A stretch of 63,992 bases of DNA, counting the filler, from Olpidium bornovanus S191 (Eukaryota; Fungi; Olpidiomycota): assembly GCA_017911155.1 (NCBI GenBank). It is 28 parts of 28 records of this genome, joined end to end, with 100 filler letters (N's around TTAATTAATTAA, not from the genome) between each part and the next. Parts side by side here need not be neighbours in the genome. Positions count along the whole stretch, not along the records: positions 35,398 to 39,587 come from JAEFCI010001065.1; positions 39,688 to 41,188 come from JAEFCI010009948.1; positions 41,289 to 44,305 come from JAEFCI010001581.1; positions 44,406 to 48,860 come from JAEFCI010012505.1; positions 48,961 to 49,991 come from JAEFCI010006901.1; positions 50,092 to 51,362 come from JAEFCI010008193.1; positions 51,463 to 53,552 come from JAEFCI010000880.1; 21 more parts are not named here. The stretch is one strand, 5' to 3'. The first letter of the stretch is position 1; every line of letters starts with the position of its first letter. Shown here one piece after another: positions 39,333 to 52,547 of the stretch. The translations under genes and the position numbers were made by a program. The notes under the pieces were generated by a model, which worked only from the letters and a program-made list of their open reading frames with translations, was not told the DNA's origin and ran no database searches.

Positions 39333-40204
39333 GACGTCTTCCCATTCACAACTCAAGTGTCCTTCCAGGAAGCGTCTGGTTTTCTTTTTTCAGCCTTTCA
39401 AATCATTTCCGTCTGTTCCGTTTCTGCTTCCTTGCGCATACTTCCGCCCTCTCTCGCCATTCCCGCCCACCCTCTCTTGTGATCTCCTGCATACCCCACC
39501 TGGCAATTTTTTTTTTGGCTTTTCCGTAAAATGCCGCGGGCGCACGTTTGGACCGGCGTGCGTTCCGGGGGGCTACTTTGTGCATGANNNNNNNNNNNNN
39601 NNNNNNNNNNNNNNNNNNNNNNNNNNNNNNNTTAATTAATTAANNNNNNNNNNNNNNNNNNNNNNNNNNNNNNNNNNNNNNNNNNNNCCCCCCCCCCCCC
39701 CCCCCCCCCCCCGCCTTACCGCCCTTTCCCCGCGAGACTCGCTCCGCGCACCGCCTCCGCACAGCAGCGTCGGGCCGCCGCGGAGCGTTCCCTCCGGCTG
39801 TGCCCGCTGACGCCGGCACGGTGGGGTGAGCCGCGCAGGAGGGGAGGGGAGTCCTGCCGTCTGAACTTTGGCAGCTTCGCGTTCCGGAAGGTCAAGTGCG
39901 CTCACGGCCGGTTCGCCCCCCCCCCCCCCCTTCCCCCTTGCCGCGCGGCCTGTGATGCTGTCTCGCAGGTGGCGTCGTCCGCCCGTCACTCTCGCGCCGC
40001 CGAAGTTGCCGCAGGCTTGACCGCGTTTTGCGCACCGGCCCGTCTCAGGCCGGCCAGTAACTTGTGCTCTGGTTGGCCGCATGTCCGCGGCTTCAGTAAG
40101 CAGCCTGCCCTCCGTACGGAGAAGCTGCGCCAGGCGCCAACAACAGGGTACGGCAGCGTCGTCGCCCGCTCGAACCGCCAAGGCACCACTGCCCGTGCGC
40201 ACAA

Positions 40205-41188
40205 GTGGATCGCTCGCTTCTCGCGGTTGTGGACTGCTCGACCATCGGGACACCACCGGGTCCGGAGGCTCAAGGAGCTTCAGCGGGGACCCGCGGTTTC
40301 GACGCCTTGGGCCCTGGGATGCCGGCCAACCAGTTCGGCTCGACGTCGGTGTCGACAAGCCTCCGGCCGGCGCTCCCTGCGGCTCCTGTGCCGTCACTGA
40401 CAGAGCGGACACCGGCCGGTTTTCCGTCGAAGAAGCTGGAGCTGGACCTGGAGCTGGACCCCTTTGATAAGAGCTTTGCGGCGCGCGCGAACATCCACCC
40501 GGGAGGCGCGTCCGCCCCGGCCGGCATCCTTTCTGGGATGACGCCGTCCGGGCTTACGCCGCTCCTGAACTTGTCTGCCGCGCTGAAAACTCCTTGCGGG
40601 TCGGGGAGTCCGAGGCCCACCCTCGGGTCATTATCTGCCGTCGGCGCCTGGTCGAACTGCAGCTTTTCCTTCCCACCCGTCACAACGTCGACTGAAAGCC
40701 CCGCATTGCCGTGGTTGCCGCCGTCAAACATCGAGGCGTTGGCGGCCTCCCACGGCTCGCAGCGACCGGCGGTTTTGGCTACGGCGGCGACGCCGGTTGA
40801 CAGTCTCCCGGGGTCCGGGTCCCAATTTACCAGTACGGATCTCCTGTTCCACAGCCCTCAGTTCCTGGCCGATCACGATGTCGCAGAGGACGAGACGCCC
40901 GTGCTGCCGGATTCGAACTCAGCACCGCTGCCCTCACACATGATCTCCCGCCCGCTTTACGATGTTTCCATGTCCCAGTCCCTGCCAATTTCACCTGGCA
41001 TCTTGCTTTGTGCCGCTTCCTTGGAAGATATGAGCCTAGGCATTTCCGCCGCTGAAACCTTCCAGACCCTTCCCGACGGATCCACCGAGCTCCCAATTCA
41101 TTTCTCGAAAGGCGTCTCGGTCTCTACCTCAGTCGCCTTGCAGGCGTCCCCTGAGCTTGCGCTTTCGGCGTCACCGGAAGCGGCGGGG
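40205..41188 (+). CDS. Ser/Pro-rich protein fragment, possibly the N-terminal region of an Atf1/Sko1-type bZIP factor
   Basis: KKLELDLELDPFDKSF resembles the Atf1 OSA motif (KLDLEPNPFEQSF), followed by SGMTPSGLTP. No bZIP domain is visible before the contig end. Confidence 0.45.
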
Positions 41189-41288
41189 NNNNNNNNNNNN
41201 NNNNNNNNNNNNNNNNNNNNNNNNNNNNNNNNTTAATTAATTAANNNNNNNNNNNNNNNNNNNNNNNNNNNNNNNNNNNNNNNNNNNN

Positions 41289-42503
<1,215 letters not shown>

Positions 42504-42526
42504 GGCGACTTTCGGCGAAGTTCACC

Positions 42527-42542
42527 TTTTTTGTCTTTCTTT

Positions 42543-42611
<69 letters not shown>

Positions 42612-42622
42612 CTTCTTTTTTT
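42527..42622 (-). promoter_or_regulatory. A-rich tract (uninterrupted A67) about 40 nt upstream of the PAB1 ATG; candidate autoregulatory element
   Basis: T run at 42545-42611 on the plus strand. A-rich 5' UTRs are an established feature of PABP mRNAs. Confidence 0.5.
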
Positions 42623-44480
42623 AAAAAAATTTGTTCGTTACCTGTTGGAGAAAGGGGAAGGCAGAAACACAACCTCCTCGCCTCCTTATTTCGATTGCGT
42701 GTTTGCGCCCGGCGACCGCCGTGAGAAGGCAGGCGAGGAAGGGGGAACTGCGTACTCAGAGCTCTTGTGGCGTTCGTTGCAGCCTGCTCCAGGCTCTTTA
42801 GTTGAGGAATCTCCAGAGGACTCTTACAAAGAGGCAACGCGGGCTTTTGTGCGCGCAGTGCCTCCGATATCTTCCCACCCTTTCCGGCCCCAATCCACAG
42901 ATCCCGCGGGGATCCTTTTTCTCCTTCGGCCCTCCGGCCGCGAAGCCCCCGCTGGCACGGCCTTCATTCGGCGCGTGCGATGCCGCGTGACGCAGTTTTT
43001 TAGTCCCCTCTCCCTGTGAGCTCCCTCTCTATGCCGGGACGTCTCCGGCCCCGTACCCGATTGACTGTCAACCCGGACCGCGGTGCTTGAGGGTTTTTTG
43101 ATTAAAAGAAATTCGCAGCAATTGCATCAAGGTGCCGTAAGATCACCAGTCGTCATCCCTGCTTCTCAATAAAATAACAATCATTTAAAGCAGAGAAAAG
43201 GCTTTAACCCAAAATGGGCCCAACGGTCGCAGGGGCGCGTTTCTGTGGTGTGGTTGTTCCATGAGGAGAGCCGCGGATCTTCCGCTGCTGCCGAGCACAG
43301 CGTTTGAGGTGGTTGCAGGCCGCCGGCTGTCTCTGCTCTGTTGAAGCCGCCGGCAAAGAGGGACGGACTTCGGCGCTGGCGGAAGGCGAGGTGGGGGGAA
43401 GAGAGGTTTCAGGAGCACAACCGAGCGCGAAACGGAGCGAGAAGGGCCCTGAGTGTGTCGGCGCTTCTCCGGGCGATTCGGCAGGGCGGGACGCCAGCCG
43501 GGCGCCACGCCGTGTCTGCATCCGCGCGGCTCGTGACTCCGGCAGTCCTTTGGCCGTTCCCCACTGGGCTCATATTCGGAGGCAAGACCCTTCCGGCCTC
43601 CTTTGGAGCGATCGACGCCCGCCGGTCCTTGAGCGTCCTGTTTACGACGATGGGGAATGCGAAGACGGCCCACTTTGACGCCGCGTGCGAACCGGGCGGC
43701 GCACGCATCGTGCTGCACATCGACGGCAATGCAGCAGAGGCTTTACATTGGGGCCGAGGCGAGGTCAGCGGGTAAATTTTCCGCGTGACGTAATTACATC
43801 TTTCGCCGCCGAATCCTCGCCGCCGAACGTCTCGAGTTGCGGAGTTTGCTTACCCAGCGGCGGCACAGAAACAGAAATTCGACCGTGCTGATGATGATTC
43901 CGGGTGCGTTGGAAGGCGGCCAAGTTTGAGCATTGTATGTACTTATGGCCCTTGCTCGGCGGCGGAATTCGAACTAAATTCTCGTTTCCGTTCCTGGGAC
44001 AGGCAATCCGGGGGTTATCAGGTTTTACCGCAAATTTTTATCTGCAGTTTACGCTGCTTGCGGCTGTTCCGCTGACATATACGCACGTAAGTGCGCGTGG
44101 AATCCGTCCCGTTTAGCTTCTGCAAACCGGTACTAAAGGAGGCGCACTAACAAAGCGATTGGTCTGACCGTCCAGTTTCGTTTTTGGGCCATACGATCGG
44201 TCCCCACGACGAACGTATTTCGTGGGGTAAACATACTTTCACACTCCAGGACCAGATCAACCATCAGATTGCAGGCTTTGATATGCTCCGAAAAAAATAT
44301 GGCTCNNNNNNNNNNNNNNNNNNNNNNNNNNNNNNNNNNNNNNNNNNNNTTAATTAATTAANNNNNNNNNNNNNNNNNNNNNNNNNNNNNNNNNNNNNNN
44401 NNNNNGCACTCGGCAAACTGATTTCTTTTTTTCTTTTTATACTTGGCTGTTTCGCCGGTACACCAGCGGAACGTTTCTCT

Positions 44481-46723
44481 CTAGTATCCTCTGTGCTCCC
44501 GGTGAGACTCCGTGCGCACGCCCATGGAAGCCTTGGGCTGAAAGCCCATCTTCCGCAGCCGGTCCGCCTCGATGCGCTCGCGGGCCACCCTGTTGAGCTC
44601 CTGAAGCTGGTCCTGCGACATGACCACCCCGGGCACCACCTGGTTCGACCGCGCCGCGAAGCGGCTCCGTCTGAGCAAACGAAGCAAAAGAAAAAGAAAG
44701 GAGCAGGACAGAACGGGATAGGAGGAGAGGGAGTAGGGGGGATGGAATGAATAAGCGAGAAAGAGGAAAGGAAAGGAACGGAAAAAAATGTAGAGTGTCA
44801 GCACGGAGAGTCGAGACGACTAGGCGAAGAAGAGAAAAGGAGAGAAACGCGCGGCAAGACAGAGAAGCAGTCCAGCGGATCGGGCTCCGTCAAAAGGGCA
44901 GCCCTCGAAAGCGCCGACGACAGGGTAGCGGAGAACGGGCTGAAGACGGACCGCATCTGCTCTTCGTCGTTCAGCAGGTTGAACGTCCCGTCGTTGCCGG
45001 CCGCAGGGGTAATGCCCATCCGGATATCACGCTGCTGGGCCTCCCACTTTTCCAAATTGTAGTACTTCTCGTGCGGCAACTCGCCGAGGTTGTAGTCTGA
45101 CCGAACACGAGCGTTCCACAAGGCGTCTCAGCCGTTTCCCGAAATGTCGAAAGTTCGACGAAACAGACGCGCCGGGTCACAAGCTTCCCGGCCGCAAGAG
45201 CAAACCCTTCGCCCGCCTTTTCCACGCACCCTCCATGTACTTCAGGAAATGCTTCTTCATTTGAGCTTTCGGCGTCGTCTCCGGCGACAGACCCACGACG
45301 TCCATCAGCCAAGCGTGGAACTCCTGCTCCTTGGTGTAGATGCTGGAAGACGACCGAGCAGAATCGGTCGAGTCGACCGAGTCGACAAAAGACAGGGGAC
45401 GAGCGGACAAAAGTCGTGAAACGAAACGAAGGCGGACACGGAAATAGAAGGCAGACCGGAAGGGCGACTCGGCAGACGTACTCCGTGTCGGCGATGATGC
45501 CGTACTTTCCGAAGTTTGCCCCGCTCGCCGTCCTCTTCTTCTCCTTGTCCTTTTCCTTCTGTTTCTCCTTCCTTCTCTTCTTCTCCTGCACGTCGCAGAG
45601 GCACACCCGTTCAGTCAAGCCTTGAACTCGCGGTCCAAAACCTTTCTTTCACGCGTCGATACCAAACTGCGCGCCGCGCGGCGCGCCAACGAAAAAAAAT
45701 ACCTTCTTCTCTTTCTTCTCCTTCCGCTCCTTCCGGCGCTTCCGCCTCTTGCGTCGCTCCTCCTCGCTGTTCTGGTCGGACTCGGAATACGACTCGGAGT
45801 CCGAAGACCGGCGGCCGGAGGATTCGGAGCGGGACCTCCGGCGGCGGTGGCGGCTTTTTGGATCGCTCACGCGACGGCGGTCGCGGTCCCGGTCGCGGCT
45901 CCTGTCTCGGTCGCGGCTCCTGTCCCGGTCGCGGCTCCTGTCCCGGTCGCGGCTCCTGCCCCGGTCACGGCTCACGTTCCGGTCGTGGCTCCGGTCCCGG
46001 TCGCCGCTCCTGTTCCGGTCGCGGCTCCTGTCCCTGGCCCGGTTGCGGAAGCTGTCGCCCCGGCTGTGGATAAATCGCCGGGCGGGGAATGAGGAGAAGA
46101 AGGAGGAGAGAGGAGGGAGGGAGAGATAGTCACCGCAGTTTTCTTTTTTACCTGGAGAGAAAAGAAACAACAAGCGCGTGCGGGATAGGCTCTTACCGTG
46201 ACATCGATCTGGAACGCGACCGCGACCGGCTACGCCGAGCCGGCCGACTCAGGCTTCCGCGGTCTCGTTCTCTGCTCTGCTCGCCGCCGTCGGGGCGGCG
46301 GTCCGGACGGTCGGAGTTGCGTCGTCCCAGCCGGCGGCCGCCGTCGCGGCCGTCCTCACGGGGTAACCCGCCGCGGTCGCGGGCGGGATCACCGTCGCGG
46401 CCGTGCTCGCGGTCCCCCCGGCCCCTGTCACGGTCCGCGTGGTGCTCCCTGTCCCGCTCCCTGTCCCGTTCCCTGTCCCGTTCCCTGTCCCGCTCCCTGT
46501 CCCGGCGGCAATCCGCCTCGAAGCGCCGCATAGGGCGGTCTCCGCGGCGGTCGGGCTCTCCCTGGGTCCGCCCTTCGAGCGGCGGCGGCGCGTCGCGCGC
46601 GGCGTCCTCACGGCCGCCGCCGCCGCCGCCGTCCCTGGCGGGGGCAGACGATGCGGGGCCAGCGGCCGCCCCGGAGGAGGAGGCGCTGCGGTCTTCGTCC
46701 ATCACGGCCATCGCTCCCCCCAC
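44481..46723 (-). CDS. RS/RD-rich protein with a conserved uncharacterised C-terminal domain (GKYGII..EF.AWL family), about 6 exons, apparently complete
   Basis: RDRE/RSRS repeats, a Lys-rich linker, then NFGKYGIIADT|.IYTKEQEFHAWLMDV..KKHFLKYME|DYNLGELPHEKYYNLEKWE..FNLLNDEEQM|..LQELNRVARERIEADRLRKMGF. Splice phases are consistent. Confidence 0.85.
45884..46040. repeat. Coding 18-bp tandem repeat (GCGGCTCCTGTCCCGGTC; encodes RDRSRD on the minus strand)
   Basis: About 7-8 degenerate copies. A 12-bp RDRE repeat also lies at ~46445-46505. Confidence 0.85.
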
Positions 46724-46951
46724 CGTCCCTTTCGTTCCGCTCCCCTCGCCCGCGCCCTCTCACCCTCCGGACTTCGAGCGCGCGCGCGCAAGAAAGGCGC
46801 CGGCGCCGGTCTCCCCCGCCGCCGTTTTCTTCCCGGGCGGACGAACGAACGGTATATTGGCGGGGCCGGGATGGGTTTTCTTTCCTTCCTTTTTTTTTTT
46901 TTTTTTTTTTTTTGCCCTCTCTTTGGGGCGGCCTTCCCCCTCGTCGCTTTC

Positions 46952-46990
<39 letters not shown>

Positions 46991-48544
46991 TGTCGCGGAC
47001 GGCTGTCAGTCCCGGCTTCCGTGCTTTTTCCCCCGCCAAATACAACGCCGCAACAAACCAAAGACGCAGCACGTTTATCACCACACACTGCCGCTGGCCC
47101 TTGTTGTCGCCGCCTCTCGGCTTGTTGTGGCCGTCGTCGTCGCCTTCCGCGAGAAGCCCGCGCCGCAAGGATTCTCTTTCAAGTCATTTCTCTTGCGGCA
47201 TCTGCTACCAGCACCCACAACCGGTGTGATCGCCTGGGACATCCGGGGCAAGACGATGCTCCACCAGCAGTTATCACGCTTGGCTGGTCGCCCGCTTCAT
47301 GCATTCGGCGCCGACGCGGTAAGGACTTGTCAGGTCGTGAGATGGGGAAACTAACTTCCCGCCTTTCCCGTTGGAAGTCACCGCAGAGTTGCCTGAGATG
47401 CCAAAGAGACTTTACGGAGACGTCCATGTGCCAATCCGGTCCTGCAAGCGGACGATTCCGCTAACTTCTCTGCCTGGTGGATGCCTCGGGCAGATCGTCC
47501 CACGTGTCCTTTTTCCAACGTGAAACCTCGCATTTGCTCGATTATTTGGTCAATTCGTCGAGTGCCGCGCTCACCACCCAGATCGCCCGATCAAACGCCT
47601 GCGCGTGGACAATGCCCCGCAATCTGCTCCCAAAGCCTAGGGTGTCTTTGGGGAGAAATGAATTCCCGGCATTATAAATGACCGCGAAAGAGAATTGCAC
47701 CAGGCGGCTAAGTTGAACTCCGACTTGCCCGAATCGCTGACCATTAGGGGGGAAAGAGGGAAGGACTGTCGCGAACCCGGAAGAAAAAAACCGCAAATGC
47801 AACGCCCGAGGCGAGACGGGAAAGCAGAGCCGAAGACGGTCATTTCTACCCGGCTCCGTGAGGGAGCTGTCTTTCCGCTATCTACTTCTAGTCTGGTTTC
47901 TTGGACAGGGCTTCTTAGCGAAGCTCCCGTGGGGGTCTAACGCAAGAAAATAGTTCCTGCCGCGCGAAACGCTTTTCGATTCTACCTGAAACCCACCCCC
48001 CCCCCCCCTTTCCGGTTTTTTCCCAACGCCCCCGCCGCCCTCCAGATTTCTGACTCAGAAGCCCCGTCCCTCACCCCCTTCTTGATCACCGCGGGCAGAA
48101 TTTTTTTTTTCCTCCCCGATTCGTGGGGGATCGGAGCGCCGCCGCGCGCGCGGCGCCGCATTGCAGTTGTGACGAAAAGAGCGCCGCACGGTGCACGAAA
48201 GGCGGGCAAACCCATTGGGAGAAGAGGGCGGGGGCGAGAGAGAGAGAGGGAGAGAGAGAGAGGAAGAGAGAGGGAGAGAGAGAGAGGAAGAGAGAGGAAG
48301 AGAGAGGAAGAGAAGGACGAGACAGGGAAGGGGGGAACGATTCCCAGAGAAGTCTACGAAACGTAGTGGGGAAGAGGGGAGGGAAAGGGCGTGAGGGGAA
48401 GCGCAGTTCTAGAACGTCGACGTGAAAAAAAATAGGTGGGGGAAAGGGGGCGGGATAAATGAGATCGAAAGAGCAAGAGAGACCAGGAGAGAGAGAAAGG
48501 TACCGACACGCGCCTGTCCCCCTCCCCTCCGACTCCATCCTCCC

Positions 48545-48800
48545 CTACTCCTCGGCGGCCGGCAGGCCGGTCCCGTAGACCCGCGCCTGGACCATGATGG
48601 CGGCGTCGAACGCGAGCGTGCCCAGGCTGCCCACCAGGTACGGGAATGTGTTTTTCCAGAAGGCGCTGCCGTCAACGGCGGGGAACCGCAGCAGGATGCT
48701 GAACCCGTATGTGAGGTTGGCGGAGACGGCCAGGCCGAACATGAGGATGCTGAGGCCGTGCACGGATTTGCGCCGGTGGTTCTGCGCGAGCTGCGGAACT
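48545..48800 (-). CDS. PQ-loop vacuolar cationic amino-acid transporter (Ypq/PQLC2 family), last exon, 5' truncated
   Basis: RVPQLAQNHRRKSVHGLSILMFGLAVSANLTYGFSILL..PYLVGSLGTLAFDAAIMVQARVY. Confidence 0.9.
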
Positions 48801-49030
48801 CTTGGAGCGGCGCGTCGCGAAAATAAAATCTGTCAGAAGACGAAAATCCGACGCGCGCGCNNNNNNNNNNNNNNNNNNNNNNNNNNNNNNNNNNNNNNNN
48901 NNNNTTAATTAATTAANNNNNNNNNNNNNNNNNNNNNNNNNNNNNNNNNNNNNNNNNNNNAAAGGGGGGGAAAGTGGGATGGCGACGCGATGGATGCAAA
49001 ATTCCGTTCGGAAAGGGTTGCGCAACCATT

Positions 49031-49880
49031 TCGTGCTTTTGCATCAGGCTCTGCAGGTCCGACCCTTCAATCAGCGACATGATCTTCGCGTCCTTGCCAA
49101 CCATCAAGTCGGAGTAAAATCTGTCTTTCGCCTGAATGATGTACCTAGATGTCACGGTGTAATATGCGAGGGACGTGAGCGAACGCCCCGCCGCAAAAAT
49201 AAAAATAAAATAAAAAAGGGAAGGGGGCTGCCGCCGGGTGTCGCGCTTTTCTGCAACGGCGTGACTGTAAAGCGAACGCCCTTTGTGCGCTGTCGTAGGA
49301 ACACCCACATGATCTCCTGCTCGTATCTCATCGCTTGGCTGGTCAGCTCCTCCTCAAGCTTGGTGACCTCCACGTTGAAGAGGAACTCTGCCGTGGTTCT
49401 GTACTCTTCAAACTGAGCCTGTAGTCCGTACAAGAGGCCCTGGTACTCGTAGATCATCTTTCGGCGATCCTCGTGCTGGTCGATGATGGTCTCGTCGTAC
49501 ATGCGCTTAAGCCGATCGGACTCCACCTGGCGCGTGTTGCGGTATTCCATGTTCTCCAGCTGTTGCACCTTGAGGAACTCGTCGTACTCCCGCTTCACTA
49601 CGTCAATAAGCTGGAGGGGTGCGGTGCGCCGAAACGGGTGGACTGAACTCCTTTTTCGATTTTTTTTTTTTTACTTTGGGCGGCCTTTTCAGATCGGCGG
49701 TGCGCGGGGTTTGTCACTTACGGCCTCGACGCCCTGGAGCTGGTTTTGCTGCTCGTTGTGCTTCCGATTCGCGTCTGTGGCGAGTTCTAATAACTGCCGG
49801 CGCAGCTTGGCGACCGTCTCTTCGGAAGCTGTGAGTTTTCTTTGCAGCGCGGCCATCTCGTTGGCTGCGTCTCCCGGCGC
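49031..49880 (-). CDS. Internal exons of an uncharacterised coiled-coil protein
   Basis: Three phase-compatible exons, including REYDEFLKVQQLENMEYRN..LLYGLQAQFEEYRTTAEFLFNVEVTKLEEELTSQAMRYEQEIM|YIIQAKDRFYSDLMVGKDAKIMSLIEGSDLQSLMQKHEM. Confidence 0.8.
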
Positions 49881-50410
49881 AGGGCCTGTCCAGAGCCCCG
49901 GGTATAAACCGCCAGATAGTTAAGCAAAGCTGACAGCCTCGCGTCTTCAGAAGCGATTCGACCGCAAAGGACCACGAGAATTTGAAACATGNNNNNNNNN
50001 NNNNNNNNNNNNNNNNNNNNNNNNNNNNNNNNNNNTTAATTAATTAANNNNNNNNNNNNNNNNNNNNNNNNNNNNNNNNNNNNNNNNNNNNGACGCTCGG
50101 GTCCATAGATAGAAAATCCTCCGAAGGGGGCAAAGAGGGAAAACCGCAACACCTGGGATTGGGCCCTGGATGCCGCCCATTAGACGGAAAAAAGGGGGAG
50201 ACGGAACGAGGATAGAAGGCGATGGAAACCCATAAAATAGAGGGAAGAAATCGGCGGCGGGCAATATAAAATAAAGGGGGAGCGAGAATCCGCGATCCCA
50301 CGACGTAGAATCCCCATCACCGACCCTGTTCCTCGATCTTTGATCGTACTTTTAATAAAAAAACTTTAAGGTGCTTAAGCGGATGTGTGGCGATTAGGTC
50401 ATTTATTGGA

Positions 50411-50482
50411 CTTGGATCACGTTGGTGATTAGAGCCTTGATCACACTGGTGGTTAGAGGCTTGGATCACATTAGTGATTAGA
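50411..50482. repeat. Three degenerate 24-25 bp tandem repeats
   Basis: CTTGGATCACGTTGGTGATTAGAG / CCTTGATCACACTGGTGGTTAGAG / CTTGGATCACATTAGTGATTAGAA. Confidence 0.8.
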
Positions 50483-50978
50483 AAATTCTGACGGCTGGAT
50501 CCAAGCGTTAACCAGAGCACGCAATTAAGGATGGTAGTTTGGCGTAGCTTCTTGCTGCATCGTACCCATTGTCAATTCAGGCGGTCTATTTTGGAATACC
50601 TCAAACTTTAAGAAAAGCCACTTTTGGCGCAGTATCGACATCCGCCGTGACGAGATGCTGTTAGAATTTTAAAACTAAATTTTAGGCACAATCGAATATT
50701 TTTGAGGCGGTTGTTGGTTTGTATCAACTGACGGTTTTTTTTATCTCGAATTGGCACCGCGAGTCGCCGGAACTACGCGAGACGCACAAGGATGCACAGT
50801 CGTGAGAGGAGTGGGGGTGATGCGACGGGGTCACGGCGTCGGCGTAGTATTGGGGGTGTGGCATGCGCGCACTGCGGGCCTTTGCATGCGGCCCTTCTCA
50901 TTTGGGAACTTCTCCAGCGCGCGGGCCAGGCCAAACGTCCTCGTAAGCGGTTCTGCAAAAGGATATTCGGCCCACGAG

Positions 50979-51262
50979 TTATGGGCGTCGGCCACCCAAT
51001 ACGGGACGCTTGCGACGAGCGAGAATCTTCCCCAATTCTTGGCAATGCTCTCAGTCAGTTTCCGACCCATAGGAGGTTGAGCGGGGGTGCGGTTGATTGC
51101 TGCCAAGCAGAGTAAAGCCGGCCCCGCGAGAACGCAAAACAAAAACCAATAAAAAATATGAAACATCCCGCGTCCAACGGTCCCGCGCATGCTCACCGTG
51201 GGAAGGTGCGTCCGGTGCCCGCGCAGATCCGGCGGGTTCCAACGGACACTCCAGCTGTCCAT
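50979..51262 (-). CDS. Possible last two small exons of an unknown gene
   Basis: DGQLECPLEPAGSARAPDAPSH, phase-1 intron GTGAGC..ACTGAC..CAAG, then ELGKILARRKRPVLGGRRP*. Confidence 0.3.
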
Positions 51263-51462
51263 CTACGCTGACCGCGGACTACCCGCAGCACCGAATACGG
51301 TGCAACCGACGGAAGCGTTTACCGGCTAACCGCGACAAGCCCCCAGCCCCTTCCCCTCCCCCNNNNNNNNNNNNNNNNNNNNNNNNNNNNNNNNNNNNNN
51401 NNNNNNTTAATTAATTAANNNNNNNNNNNNNNNNNNNNNNNNNNNNNNNNNNNNNNNNNNNN

Positions 51463-51496
<34 letters not shown>

Positions 51497-51565
51497 ACAC
51501 AAAAAAAAAAAAAAAACTTCGCCCGATTTCGGAGACGAATTGGCGGGCCCCCAAAACTCGCGCTC

Positions 51566-52200
51566 ACCCGAGCAGCTTTGCGGCGTGCATGGTGTGCACC
51601 GACGCCCTCGCGGGGGTCGCCTGTTCGGGGCTTCCGGCAGCCGCGACTGTCGCGCCTAACGCCCGTTGTTTTAATTGTTTGTTTTATTTTTTTTTATTGA
51701 CGAAGAGCGCCGGAATTTCAGCGGGGCCAGGGACCCGACGGCCGTTCGAACGGCCGGCACCCGAACCCCCCTCCCCCCCCCCCCCCTCTCTCTCCCCACC
51801 CATGCTCTTCTGTTCCGGCTCCGGCGGCCGGATCTTCAGCTGATCGATGAGGCCGGAAAGAATAAGGTCCTTTAGTCCGTCTCTCTTCACAAGGTCCTTC
51901 AGCAGCTCGCAACCTGCACGATTCCAGAAAAAGAAGGAATATAAAAATTTTCGGTTGGCACGTTTGTTGCGCGACATCAGGCAACAAAAAATAACCCCCC
52001 CCCCTCCCCCCCGATGCGTAGCAGCGGGTCCCTTCCGGGTGCGTTCCCGTTCTCTACCTTCGTACTGAATCGCCGTGTGAGGGCTCTTCAGCAGGCTGAT
52101 AGTAGCGTCCACGACAGAGGGGTGGATGGAAGCGATGGAAGGCTGCGCGAGGTCCGTGATAAAGCCTACCAATTATTCTTTTTGTGGCTTTTGCCTTGTG

Positions 52201-52232
<32 letters not shown>

Positions 52233-52516
52233 CACGTCGTTCGAGCGGCGAGGCCGCAGGTGGTTTTTTTTTATTATTATAAATATACCCACCAAGACTT
52301 TCCGTACGACTTCGCCTGCCACCTTCTGCGAATTCGCGTCCGCGACGGAAGTCGAGGTCAGCGTGGCCATCAGGGCTTTGTAAACGGTTTGCTGAAAGCG
52401 CAGGTTGTCCGATCCTAGGGCATGCAGGACGGCGCCGGCGTAATCCTGCGTGACGTCGGATTTGGATCTGGCCAGGCAGTCGATCACCGCGCGAATTCCT
52501 GAGTTTTTGAGATTTG

Positions 52517-52547
<31 letters not shown>

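Noticed and set aside
44185-44230. GGCCATAC resembling the 5S rRNA start, plus an 8-bp hairpin CCCCACGA/TCGTGGGG
   Set aside because: The downstream sequence does not follow 5S rRNA, and an isolated short stem is expected by chance.
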